The notes: generated from the letters alone by a model not told the origin. A DNA stretch of 59,304 nt from Neocallimastix sp. 'constans' (GCA_050613775.1 JBODTK010000145.1:372001-431304); one strand, 5' to 3'; counted from the stretch's first letter, positions 15,608 to 50,770 are shown. Numbers and translations: made by a program.

Positions 15608-16825
15608 TACATTTTATAGTAGGTTAGAAAAAAAGGATACATAAAAACTGTTAATCTATAATTATAATTAAATTGAAAAGCAAGAACAATAAATAGTTTT
15701 TAGTATATTTAGATATTTAGATATTTCATTTAAAGATTAAATTAAAACAAAAAATTTACTTGATTATTATTAAATAAAAATTTAAATACAATTAATTTAG
15801 AACCTTAATTAAATATTTATATTAAAAATTCTAACCTGATAATAGAATACCTGAATAAATTCATCCAAAGAAATATAATTTTTTAATATGAAAAAAATAT
15901 ATTATATTGATATTTGTAAATAATATTGTATATTCAAAAATATAAAGATTTCCTTATTATTATTATTGTCAAAAAATAAATCTATTATTTATTAAGTATT
16001 AATATTATTATTATTAGTATTATTAAAAAGTATTATTTTATTTTATTTAATTTTTTTATGAATCATTTTATTATTTATTATATATTATTAATAATTAATA
16101 ATTGCTATTTATTATTATCTATTTGTTTATTATTTATTTATTATTTATTATTTATCATTTATTATTTTTTTTATTGATCATCCTTTAAATATATATTATT
16201 GAAATTTGAGATGATCTATATATTAATTATATGTTATTTTATTAATATATTAATAAATTAAATACATATATTATTATTATATTATTAATTAAGTAAAAAA
16301 TGAATAATCCACGTAAAATACTATTAAAATTTTTATATTTAATTTTATTTCATAGGTTTGATGTATACAATTTATTTATTATTTAAACAATATTTATTTG
16401 TATATATAATATACAAATATTCATTTACTAATAAGAAAATAAGAGAAAAATTTTTAATATTTATATAGATAAGAATATATAAAATATAAAAAAAAACTAT
16501 AAAATTTTGGTATATGATAATAGGTATTTAGATTAATTGTTATAATATTCCAAATAGATGATAATTTTCTGAATATTTATAAAAGTTAAAATATATTTAT
16601 ATTATTTATTAATAAATACTAATTGTATTTTTATTTATATTATATTATATTATAACATTTTTATATTTTTATTTATTTCTTTTAATGTATAAATTTTAAA
16701 TCAAATTTCAAAGTCAATTTCACTATATTGATTAATAATAGTATAATATAGAAATAAAATAGATTAGTAATATTAATATATAATAATAAAAAAGAGAGTT
16801 AAATTAAAAAATATATTTTATCAAA

Positions 16826-26002
<9,177 letters not shown>

Positions 26003-26133
26003 AAAAAAAAAGAAAAAAAAAATAAAAAATAAAAAATAAAAAATAAAAAATACATACATACATAAAGATAAGAAAAAGATAAATCTTAATTTATATATTT
26101 ATTTCTATATTTATATTTATTTTTTATTATTAT

Positions 26134-26164
<31 letters not shown>

Positions 26165-26550
26165 AAAATAAAAATAAAATAAAAGTTTAATGATTTTATA
26201 ATGAAGAAAAGAAAAAAAAATTTAAAAGCAATGATGATAAAGTAAGAAAAAAAAAATAATATAATAAAATAATAAAATAATAAAATAAAAATATAATAAT
26301 AATAATAATAATTAAAAATTAGAAATAGAAAATAATATAATATACATTATCATTGTATTTATACTATTTAAATCAAAACAAAACAAAACAAAACATATAT
26401 ATATATGTATATATATATTTAAGAAAGAATAAAGAAATTTTTTTTTGCAAATAAAAATTTTATATAGTCAATAAAAATTAAATAAATGTAATAATAATAA
26501 AAAAAAAAAAAAAAAAAAAATTAAATAAAATAAATAACAAATAAATTAAA

Positions 26551-26671
<121 letters not shown>

Positions 26672-27286
26672 ATTAAATTGAATGTTGTATGAAATAATAA
26701 AAAGTTTTTTTTTTTTTTTTTAATTTCCTTTTTGATTTCTTGTTTTATTTGCAATAGTTGACTTGATACTTGATATTTATTTATTTATTTTTTTTTAAAA
26801 TTTCTTAATTTTTTTTATTTTATTTTATTTTATTTTATTTTTTTTTTTTTTTTTAAATTATACCAGATTCTTTATTTCAAGAATATTTATGAGTAAAGGA
26901 AATAAGTTTGATAAGATCTTTTTTTTTAACTTTCAACTTAAAAAAAAAAAAGAAAAAAAAAAAAACTCTAATAATAATTTTTTTCTATCGTCGCAATTAT
27001 TGCGAACTTTAATCTTTATTTATTTATTCTAATGATAAATAATAACTAAATCATTAAAACTATCTTCTAATAAATTTTTGGCTTAAAATTCATATCCAAG
27101 TACAGTCCTTTCAAGAATACTGATATTGAGGAAATATATAAAATGTTAATATCATAAATTTTTTAATTTTTATTTTAAGTTTATTTTTTAATTCCGATTC
27201 TCATTTTTTTAATTATTACCACAATAATTATTTTATTATTTTTTGATATTATCTATCATATTATTACTATTTTTTAATCAACTATT

Positions 27287-27328
<42 letters not shown>

Positions 27329-27484
27329 ATATGATAATATTACTGCTTACTACCTTATCTTTATTAATTTTTTTATTAATATGATAATACTACTGCTTAA
27401 TACTTTATCTTTATTAATTTATTATTTATTCAAGTCATCCAAGTATTTTTTTACTTTCTTTTCCTTTCCTTTTTTTTTTTTTTT

Positions 27485-27637
27485 ACAGACGCAATTCTTG
27501 CAAACTTTAAACTTTATTTATTCATTTATTAATTGTATGAATGTTTTTATTTATTTATTTATTCATTTATTAATTATATGAACATTTTTATTTATTTATT
27601 TATTCATTTATTAATTATATGAATATTTTTATTTATA

Positions 27638-27719
<82 letters not shown>

Positions 27720-27858
27720 TAAATATTAGTTGTCCAATTAGAACATGATAATTTGTAAATAGTAATGTAAAAATAAAAATAGAAAAAAAAATAATATTCA
27801 AAATAAAGTGTATAAATTAATTTAGAAAAAAAAGTTCATAGATAACGAACCTCACTTT
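27485..27858. repeat. Dispersed repeat copy 1 (probable non-autonomous element fragment)
   Basis: Shares ordered blocks with 43051-43270: caatt..gc/gaactttaaacttt, tgtccaatt.gaacat, aatattcaaaataaagtgtata and gaacctcactt. Confidence 0.6.
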
Positions 27859-29400
27859 ACTTTTATTAATTTATATTAGTTATTAATAATTACTTAAAAT
27901 TATTATTTATTTTTTTGATTGAATGGATCATACATAATTATTAAAAATTAAAAGTAAATTAATTACATTATTTTTTATTAATTAAAAAAAACTTTATTTT
28001 AAAAATTATATTTTTTTTTTTCATTTTTAATTAATCAAATTTAATTTTGATATAACAACTAAAAAAGAAAAAATAATTATATATATATATATATTTTTTT
28101 ATTTTTTTTACAGTACAATTATTTCGAATTTTTAACCTTAAATAAAGTTATTCTCTAAGTCTAAAAAAAAAAAATTAAATTAATTTATAATAATAATAAT
28201 AAAATTACATGATTTTAATGAAAAAAAAAAAAAAATAAAATAAAATACATGAAATAAAATATTATATATTATAAAATTATAAAAGCACGTTAGAAGCAAT
28301 AGCCTCTAACTTTTCCCATTCCCATTCCTCAATGATAACACCACGTCCATTATTGTGAGTAATAATTTCAGTATTAGTGTTATCTAACGAATCTGTGTCT
28401 ATTCTTTCACCGGGAGGTGAAAATCCATGCCTTATCATTTCGACATCGACACTCTCGGCAACAGTAGATTTTTTTTTTTTTTTTTTTTTTTAACGGCAGC
28501 AAACTTGCTTCATCTTTATTAATTAAATATATGATAAAATACATGTAATAAAAAGAAAAAAAAAGAAAAAATAAACAAAAAAAAAAAAAAAAAAAGAAAA
28601 AACAAAATAAAATAAAATAATGGTATAATATATTCTAGTTTCATTTAATTAATATCTGTAAGACTTCACAAGGGCATTATACTGAAGTATAATAATTAAT
28701 TTTGACTTCACAATTTTAATCATAATTTTAAGATACGGCAATGGTAGATTCAACGGAATACTATTTCGAAGTTGAACTTTGTTTAAAAATATTGTCAACT
28801 AATTGTCTTTGTTCCCTATATAATAATATTGATATTAAATTAAACTTCCTTATTATCATTATTTTTGAAGTATCAATTATATATCTTTTGATTTTTTTTT
28901 TTGAAAAATTACCTATTTAATATGAATAATCATAATAAATATTATGATATATAAATTTAATTATTCACTTTTTTATTTGAACTTTTCTTTTTGACAGAAT
29001 AAATATAATCACACTTTATTGAAGAGTTAAAATAAATCCTACTCTTTTTCAAAGTTCAATATTACAATTTATAGTAAAAAAAAAAAAATAATATAAATCA
29101 AAATAATATTTCATTAATAATTAATATTTAAATTTAATTTATTAAATTTTATTTTATTTTTTATTTGCTTTAATTTTTGCTTCATTTTTAAATATTTTAC
29201 ATAATTCTTTTTTTTTTTTTTTTTTGATTTTGATAATTTTTACATAGAATAAAGTAATATTTTTATTCCCCCATTTGTTGGAAATAAAAAATAAATTTAA
29301 ATTCTAAAACAATATTCATTATATCAAAATTTTTATAAATGCATCTTTCTTTTTTTTTTCTTTTTTTGTTTCTTTTAATAATTAAATTTATTTATTGACT

Positions 29401-30432
29401 TTAATTATTAGCAAAGTATTGTTCTAATTCTTCACTTCCTCCAATTAATTTACCATCAATGAAGACTACTGGAACAGTAGATCTGTTACCAACAGCTCTT
29501 AATGTTTTTGAGGTAATTCCATTGCGAGCAACAGTAACTTCCTCATAATTAATTCCATGTTCTTGTAAAAGCTTCTTGGCTTTAGCACAGAATGGGCATC
29601 CAACACGAGCAAAAATAGTACATACCTTTGGTCTTACAGTGTTTGGAGCAAGGTAATCAAGCATGGTATCAGCATCAGAAACTTCAAATGGATCACCTTC
29701 CTTTACTGGTTCACAGAAGAACTTCTTAATGACACCATTATCAACAAACATAGAATATCTCCATGAACGTTTACCGAAACCTAAATCACTCTTGTCAACA
29801 AGATAACCAATCTTTTCAGTGAATTCACCATTACCATCTGGAATAAGTTTAACGTATTTAATATCTTGGTCCTTAGCCCATTCGTTCCTATTTTATTTAT
29901 TTTTAATATTATAATAAAACATAAAATTTAATATTTCCTTTATAAATAAAACTTTTTTCTTTCTTTTTTTTTTTTTTTTTTTGATAAATAAAATATATTT
30001 AAAAAATTATATTTATTCATTTAAAACTTCATATTTTTCTTTTTAATTATAACTCTATTTCTTATTTTATTTTAATTTTTTATTCTTTTTAAATATTATT
30101 AATTTTTCTGCTTTAATAAAAATATTATATAAATTTTTATCAATATCAATAATAATAATAATAATAAAAACTTACATAACGAAGGTATCATTAACAGATA
30201 TACAGTAAATATCATCAACATTTGCAGCTTTCTTAATAGTTTCTGCTAATTCTTCGTAACGTGGAAGGTGAGAAGATGAACATGTTGGAGTAAAAGCACC
30301 AGGAAGAGAGAAAACAACAACTCTTCTGTTCTTAAAGACTTCATCAGAAGTAAGTTTAGCCCATTGATTATTAACTCTATGAACCCAAGTTACACTTGGA
30401 ACAGTTTTACCTTCAACGTTTGGGAAAGACAT
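29401..30432 (-). CDS. pgdx: Hybrid peroxiredoxin (Prx5)-glutaredoxin, PGdx type, 2 exons, 247 aa
   Basis: Exon 1 (30432-30176) and exon 2 (29887-29401) join in frame: SLPGAFTPTCSSSHLP...VNDTFVMNEW...IPDGNGEFT...DLGFGKRSWRYSM...DPFEVSDADTML. This is followed by a Grx domain with CPFC, TVP and IGGS motifs. Confidence 0.93.
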
Positions 30433-31199
30433 CTTTTTTATAAAAATATAATTTTATTATGATATTTCTTTACTGTATTTATTTGTTTAGTTAAAAAAAA
30501 TAGAGACAATTTTTAAACTATTTATATTTTTTAGTTCTCTGGTATAGTAAAATAGCTTTTTTTTTTTTTTAATTTAATTTTTATTTCTTAATAATAAAAT
30601 AATTTCATCAATTATTTATGAAATATATTATATAGTTATAATATATCATGTATAATAATAATCATATTATTATTATATTTTATCTATATATTTTATTTAT
30701 TATTTTCTAGTTATTATTTATAAAGCAATATATTATAATTTTAATTATAATTAATAATTATGTAATGAATAATATTATACTTTATTTTAAGAGTAATTCC
30801 CTTTTTTAATTATAATACCAAAAGAGTCAAATTTTAATAAATTAGTATATATATATGAATATAATGGTTATATATTACAAACAATATATAAAAATATATA
30901 GAATTTCAAAAAAAGTTTAAATAATTATTATATATTGATAATATATGGAATATAGATAGTATTATTATCTATTTGTATATATTAATAATTACTAATTTAA
31001 ATAGGTAAAGGATAAATGTAATCTATAAAAAATTTTTTAATATGTATAAATTATTAATTATAGCTTATTTTAAATTTATTAATAATTTAACAATCTTTAT
31101 TTTTTTTTTTGGTTAGTATTAGTATAGTGTACGTAATAAATATTTAAATAAATATGAACTGATAAATAATTAAATATATAAATTATAATAAAAAAAGTA

Positions 31200-31466
31200 T
31201 TTATTAATAAATAATAAATAATAAATAATAAATAATTAATAATAAATAATTAATAATAAATAATAAATAATAAATAAATAAATAATAAATAATAAATAAT
31301 AAATAATAATAAATAATAATTATTTAATAATAAATAATAAATAATAAATAATAAATAATAAATAATAAATAATAAATAATAAATAATAAATAATAAATAA
31401 TAAATAATAAATAATAATAAATAATAATTATTTAATAATAAATAATAAATAATAAATAATAAATAA
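31200..31466. repeat. (AATAAAT)n 7-bp tandem repeat
   Basis: Directly visible tandem units. Confidence 0.8.
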
Positions 31467-33239
31467 TTGAATAATTGTAAAGTTTTACGTAAAACATTAA
31501 GTAATAATAAATGTTACATTAAAAAAAATCTAAAATAATTAATAATTATTAATAAAAAAACAAAATAAAAAAAAACCACATCAAAATAAACTTTTAATTA
31601 TGTGTAATAAATATTAAATATTTAGCTGAAAGGCAAAAAAGCCGAAGTTTATAATAATTAATAATTAATAATATTAAAAGTAATTGATAAAATATAATCA
31701 AAAGTTAATTAATAATTTATTAATAATAAATAATAAATAAAAAAAAAAAATTAAAAAAAAAAAAAAACATTTATTAATGGTCTTTTTTTTTTTAATTTTT
31801 AAAATAATATTTATAATTAAAGAATTAATTATTATTCATTTCTTTTTTGATAATTAAAAATATTTTTAATTTATATTTCATCATACTAATAATATATTAT
31901 TTTTGTAATTATTGAAATACTTTTATATTTATAAAATGAATCATGGAAAAATTTATAATTATGGTAAATTTTTATTGGTTATTAGAACTTTTTCAAAATT
32001 TGTGGCGTAAAGTAAATTGATATATCAATTATTGATTGAAAGAGATATAATGTATTTAACAATATGGCGTTTAGAAGTTGTAATTTAAAGCCATAATTTT
32101 TAAAGCCATAATTTTTAAGATAAATAATAAAATAATAATAAATAATAATTTGGAATTTATAAATGAGTTTAAAAATGTAAAAATATATATATATAATTGT
32201 ATTCTAAATGATTATATGTATATAAACACTTAGTATTCAATTTTATATAATTATTAATATTATTAATCTATTTACTTCTTTAAAACCTCATTTATTATAA
32301 AATGCCACATTGATATATATTCATCAAAAGAATAATGTATAAAATATGTTTATTATAATAGTATTAAATAATAATACATTTTGACTTATATTAAATGTTT
32401 ATATTAAAATAAATTGAAATTTAAATGAAATATTGTAAACATTAATAATAAAAACTTTTTGATAGGAAAATTTTCCTTCAATATTTTTATATATTTATGT
32501 ATATATTTATATATATATATTTTTTATTATATAATATCATGTGTTTTATCTTATTTTTATATAATATTAATTAATAATTATGTTTATTTTTTTTATATAT
32601 ATTAGTTATTCTTTTTTTTTTATTATTTTTATTTTTATTAATTTATATATTATAGAGGTTCATATTTAAAACTAATAATAAATAATAATATTATATCCAT
32701 ATTAAAGAAGATTTGAATAATTTTTTAATAAATAGAATTTATAATTGTTTATAAAGTCTGTTAACATATAATAAAAATAAACAACAATATATCATGTATA
32801 TATATATTTTTTTTTATATTAATAAATATAAAATGAACTTAAAACATTCTTAATAAAGAATAAAAAAGGTGATTATTATTATTATATATATAATTATATA
32901 TATATATATAATAAGAAATTCTAATTTTTATAACTATTAGATTTTAGCAAAATGAGCAAATTAATAAAGTTTTAAAAGAGAGAAATAAAATGTTTTTGGA
33001 AATTGAAATATTTATTAAAAAAAAAAAAATTTTATTATTATTAATAATAATAATAATAATAATAATTAAACTTTCTAATTGTGGCGTATGTACAATATAC
33101 TAATGTGAAAATTATCAATTTTTACTTCAGTGGAGAAATCTTATTATAGACTGTTTTGATTACACTTAAAAATCATAAAGTATTAGGAAAGTAAAATTAA
33201 TATATAATGATAATAAACGATATAAAATATGAAATATTA

Positions 33240-35081
33240 AAACAAACCCTCCAAATACATATGAACAAGCTATAAGCTCAACTGATGTAGAAGAGTGGAA
33301 AATAGCAATTAATGATGAACTATTCAATATGTATAATAATGGAGTAATGGAAATGGTTAATAAAATTCCAAAAAATGCACATGTCATTATTATAAAATGG
33401 GAATTTGCTAAAAAGGATAATAACAAAAAGAAAGCAAGATTAATGGTTCGAGGATTCAAGCAAATATTAAGGACATGATTTTTTAGATATATATTCACCA
33501 ACAATACAAGAAGATAGTCTTCATTTAGCAATTGCTATTGTATCAATAAATGAATGAAATCTTAAACAATTGGATGTTAAAGCAAGATATTTAAATACCG
33601 ATTTTTAGAAGAAAGAATATATACAACGATACCTTTAGGAGGCAAAAATTATAATAAAAATAAATATTGGTTACTAAAAAAAGGCCTTATACGGTTTGAA
33701 GTAAGCAAGAAGAATGTGGTATAAAGAAATTTTATAAAGAAATTTTTTAGTTTCTAATTAGCATAGGTTTTAAAAAATATGTTACAGATAAATGTCTTTT
33801 TTTGGTAAATATAATAAACATAATAAATAAGTTTATTTACTCACATTATATGTAGACGATATTTTAATCACAGGAAAGGATGATGAAAAAAATTATGCTA
33901 TTAGAAAATTAAAAAACAAATATAAAGTATCTCAAGATTCTGATGCAAAGAAAATTATTGGAATAAATATATTTAAAACTAAAGATGGATATAAAATTAA
34001 TCAAACTGATTGCATCAATAAAATAATTAAAAGATACTGTATGAATAAAATTAAACCAATTAAAACACCATGAAGAAAGATTACAGATTTTGAAAGGAAA
34101 AATTCAAATCCTATAAACGTGAATGAATATAAAAATTTATATTCATTCACGTAGGTGCGCTACTATATATCGCAGTTAAATCAAGACACGATATAGCTTA
34201 TGCAGTAAATCAAGCTTCTAGAGTTTGTGAAAATCTAACAGAAGTTGATTATTATTCGTTAATACAAGAGTTTATAGTATTAAAAAGGAATAAAAAATAA
34301 ATCCATATTCTACAGAAAGATAAAAGATTCATTTCATATTCAGATTCAGACTTCGTTAGCGATAAAAAAAACCAGAAGATCAACAAACGGGTGTATTTTT
34401 CTTTTAGAAAATAGTCCACTATCAACGAAATCTCAACTACAAAAGAATGTTACCTTATCTACAGCTGAAGTAGAATTTGTCAGTCTTACGGATTATGTCA
34501 AATAAGGTCAATAGTTTAAAAATTTATATAAAGAAATATTTAATAAAGATATTGAAATAAGAATTATGGTAGATAGGTATCTCTATTGCTCAAGATACAA
34601 ATTTTAAAGGAAGATGCAAACGCATAGATACGAAGTATAAAATACATTCAAGAAGAAATCATAAATAATGACATTAAATTAAAATATATAGATACAGACA
34701 ATATGTTTAGCTAGTCTTTTAACGAAAAGTATTTCAGATATTAAAATGACACGTTTTACAAATTTGGTTTTCAAAAATTAAAATAAAAAAAAAAATAAAA
34801 AAAAAAAAATTAAAATAAAATAAAAATATTATATAATACCTAATGTAGGGGGAATGTTAAGAAATATATATACGAAATATAAGACTTTTTATATTGTACA
34901 TTATAAATATTTTATTATGTATACAATAAATAATATGTAAATAATATAAAATTAAAATTAAATGTAATATTGTTTATTTGAATCTTTTTATTAAAAAATA
35001 TAAAATAATAATTAATATATAAATAAATATATAATATTATAATTATTGTGTATACACCACATTCTGTGTGATTCCTTAACA
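33240..35081 (+). mobile_element. Degenerate Ty1/copia LTR retrotransposon remnant (RT, RNase H, PPT, 3' LTR)
   Basis: Broken frames give PNTYEQAI..W..AINDEL, KARLMVRGFKQ, QLDVKA, ALYGL, LYVDDILITG, DIAYAV, YSDSDF, LSTAEVEF and RIDTKY, with many stops and frameshifts. PPT agggggaa at 34847-34854. Confidence 0.92.
34855..35081 (+). repeat. 3' LTR of the copia element (227 bp)
   Basis: Starts TGTTAAG directly after the PPT and ends CTTAACA (inverted termini TG...CA). Confidence 0.75.
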
Positions 35082-35306
35082 CAAATTATTATAAAAAACA
35101 TTTTCTTTTTTCTTTTTAAAGTAAATACATTATATAAATAAATTATATTATTATAATAATTTCATATTACTTTTTTTGACCGTTGTTGTACTACATCAAA
35201 TATTTTAATATTTATGATTTTTTTTTATTAATATCTGTAGTTAATATTTATTTACTTGTTACTTTCTGTAACTTTTTTTATATTATGAAAAATTTTATAT
35301 TAAATT

Positions 35307-35350
<44 letters not shown>

Positions 35351-35561
35351 TATTTTGTTATTAATATGTCTCAATTGAAACAATACCTTACATGAGAAGC
35401 AATTAAATAAATATATAAGTGTATAAATAGATAAAGATAAATGATTGCGAAGTATTAAAAAGTAAATTAATATAAAATTAATGTTTAAACTATTTTTTAT
35501 TATTATTATTATTATTATTATTTAATTTGGATGTGCTTTACAATATTTATATTTTTTTTTA

Positions 35562-41701
<6,140 letters not shown>

Positions 41702-42153
41702 TATGATTTCAAAAGCATTTAATGGACTCTATATTTATAATAATTAAAAAAAAAAAAAATAAAATAAAAATAAGTTAAAAAATTAAAATTTTTTAATTTT
41801 AAATTTTTTCTTTTAAACAGGAATAATAACTCGTTATTTATTATTTTTTTTTATTATAAAAACTTTAATGTTAAATTTATACATGTAACTAAATTTAAAA
41901 TAAATTTTTAATTTTTATATTTATATAAATATTTTTTTTTTTTTTTTTACTTTGGAAATAAATTATTCAATTACTAATAATAATTATAATAGTAATAAAT
42001 TTTTAGTAATAGTTATTATTTAAAAACTACAACATATTTATATACCTAATTTTTTTTTGTATCAATTGTTCATATATTATATTAATAAAATTTATTGGAA
42101 ATATTTCCAATATTTTATTTTTAATATAACATATATAAAGAACAAAGAACTTC

Positions 42154-42225
42154 GTGAGATAGAGTCAATGGTTAACGAGTATACCCTGGGGTCAATAGTC
42201 CGGAGTTCGATTCCACCTTACCACC
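42154..42225 (+). other. Degenerate tRNA-like sequence, probably the head of a second SINE family (GC-richer body runs to ~42450)
   Basis: A-box-like TAGAGTCAATGG and B-box GAGTTCGATTCC with tRNA spacing. Stems are imperfect. Confidence 0.5.
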
Positions 42226-43050
42226 CAAAAATAATCCATTTGACAGCCTAACTCTAAATCGAACAAGTCATCGTTTAAACTATGATCGTGCTTCTCAGTT
42301 GTATGTATACATTGCCTGAAGAGGTGATTCCTGTGTATTGTAAATCTTAATTAGTTAAAATATTCTCGTGATTATCACGTGTTAGAATAGATGATATGTG
42401 GGACTTCTATGTGCAATAATTTATAAGCAGTGGGTTTTAAAAATAATGGTTGCTTACTAATAAAATTATAATATTCCGTACAATTAAAATAATAATTCTA
42501 ATTCCTATAAAATTTACAAGAGAGTCCTCCATTTCTAATATAAATAATCTAATCTATTTATAAGAAATAGGTATTATATTAATTATATATTCTAATATAT
42601 AGAACTATATTAATTTTATATGAATTAAAGTATTATAATTATTATAATTATAATAATACATATTGAAATAAAATAAAATAAAATAATTATTATCAAAAAA
42701 TATAAATTTAATATTTAATAATTATTATTAAATATACAAATATGTTACTACACATATTTGTTTTATATCATAGATTTTTTATATCATAAGATTTCTTAAT
42801 TTGGAAAAAGGTTATGTAGTAAAGTAATAATAATGTTATAGTGTATGAGGTAGTGGCATGCCGTATCCAACATCTCCAAATCTTGTTGGTTCTGTAATTT
42901 GTGACTGAGAGAGTCGACGCCGAAATGGTATGACATGGGAGCACTATATGTGGTCATCATGATACAACCCTGCTATAAAGTTGGTCTGATATTAGTTGTC
43001 TGTTGTGGCTGGGATTATATGATCAGACTTTATTTATATTTTTTTTTTTT

Positions 43051-43270
43051 ACAGCTCAATTATTACGAACTTTAAACTTTATATGTATTTTTTTAATTAT
43101 TTGAATATTTTTTTTTATAAAAAAAAAAAAAAAAACAATAAAAAAAAATTATTATTTGTCCAATTCGAACATAATAATATTTAGAACCGTAATGTAAAAT
43201 AAAAAGTAATATTCAAAATAAAGTGTATATATAAATTCAGAAAAAAATTCATATGAAATGAACCTCACTT
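43051..43270. repeat. Dispersed repeat copy 2 (homolog of 27485-27858)
   Basis: Same ordered blocks, ending gaacctcactt. Confidence 0.6.
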
Positions 43271-44127
43271 CCAGATTATAAGATTTCTATTTTTAATGGG
43301 AATTCTTAAGCCATATTAGGGTTTGAATTGAATATCAAAGAAATTATGTATGGTCTTTTCCTTTAGAGGCATTGGCCCATGCTAGCTTATCTTACTGTAT
43401 TTTCAGCCATGACGCTCCTGGTTAGTTTGCGCTAACCCTTTGACAAGTATTAGCTCTAGGCATAATTTCTGTAATAAAGAGAGCCTCAGATCTCACCAAG
43501 AATGGCGTTTTAGAATAGTCACCAGATATAATTTGGTTATTAAACAAAATATCCCATTGGTTTTTTTTTATAATTTAATCAATCATGTTTTCATCCCTTC
43601 CACAAAGAAGGAACTTATATAATCGATACCATGCTCAAATATATATTTACACACTCATTAATCAGAAAATTACTAATATTAATATGCTTTTCACTAATCT
43701 ATTCATTACATCATTATTTATACTTTAATTATGAACATGTATATATATTACGTATTAATTTTTCAATCCAATGAAAAACTGAAAATTTTATGATAATAAT
43801 TAACATTAATAAAAATACAATTATTTTTATATCACCAACATTTTATTTTTTTTAAAAAAAAAAAAAAAAAAAAATATGGAAAAAGAAAATATATATAATA
43901 TTAATATTATTAATATTACCAAATAAATTTGAATAAATCGAGTTAACACTGAAAAATTAGTAATAGTTAAATCATTATATATTTTTATAATAATTAATAG
44001 TTATATGAAGTGATTTTTTTTTAAAAATTTATTATAATTTTCTGAGTTTATAAATAAATTTTTTATAATTTTTATAGGGTATTTTAATCAATTCATTATA
44101 TTTTTTTTAATATAAATTTTGATTTAT

Positions 44128-44167
<40 letters not shown>

Positions 44168-44384
44168 CATAATCAATACATATGTAGAAAATAATTATTA
44201 ATTATTATTATTTTATATTATTATTTATAATATTCTTTTTTACATTGAAAAAAATTTTTTTTTAATAAAATATTTAAGAATTTAAAGAATTCTCATAACT
44301 ATTCATACTGTAATCTAAATTTTTAAAATTTATTTATTTATGCTTTCTATAATTTATGTTATAAAAGTTTATTTAATTTTTGTT

Positions 44385-49901
<5,517 letters not shown>

Positions 49902-50460
49902 TATATTAACTATAAATGTTTAAATAAGTATTATATGAAATTAATAATGTAATTTTATTGATAATGATTTATTTTAAAATATATATGTTTTATTCTAATA
50001 GTTTTATTCTATTTTTTATATTCATATTAATTCTTTAATTACATTACAATTTATATAAATAATTTTCTTATAAAAAAATTAAAGATATAATAATAAAAAA
50101 CTTTCCAAGAAAAAAAAAAAAAAAAAAAGCATATAGTAAAAAAAAAAAAAATAATATATATTTAAAAATATTTATCATAAATATTTTAATATTGTAAAAC
50201 TTTAATTTATATAATTATTAATGCAAAAAGTATAACCATATTAATTTTATTTAAGATATATGATTTTTATAAATTTTATGTATATATATTTATTTTAAAC
50301 TTTTGTATACAATATTTAATATATTCACTTTTATTTTATCATTTTAAAAAAAAAAAAATTTGAATTAAAACTTTAATAATAAATTTGTATTATGTAAGTA
50401 GCTTAAATCATATTTTTATTTTTATAAACAATTTGTTTTTACTTTTTTCATTTTATTTAT

Positions 50461-50770
50461 TGCTGAGAATTTTACTAGTATTACTTCTCCTAGTACTTCT
50501 TTGAAGCGAGGCCAGTTTAACCTTACCCATAGAGTTTCGTATTAGCTCTCTGGCAACTAAATAATTGTCAGAAAGATCGTAATTTAGTAGAATATATCTA
50601 CATGGACACATGAAATCATGTACCCTACCCTCTCAAGTTTTTTAGTATCTATTCGAATATATAAGGGGAACATTCTTACCTGTAACCAAACCACCATATT
50701 CAGTAAAAACCACTTTGAGGAAAACCTGGAAAATGGTCATAGGGCAGGTTCGAATCAGAAGCCTTATGTG
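50461..50770 (-). mobile_element. Degenerate second copy of the tRNA-derived SINE
   Basis: The stretch atataagggga...cctgt.aacc..accacca...gaaatggtca.agggc..gttcgaa...gccttatg aligns with 15448-15564. tgctgagaatttt matches 15167. Confidence 0.7.

Noticed and set aside
31100..33240. 5' LTR, gag or integrase of the copia element, or another MULE-like element
   Set aside because: No match to the 3' LTR. Scattered gtggcg/gccata motifs resemble MULE subterminal words, but no TIR pair or TSD could be defined.
33166..33531. 121-aa minus-strand ORF
   Set aside because: Antisense shadow of the plus-strand copia reverse transcriptase.
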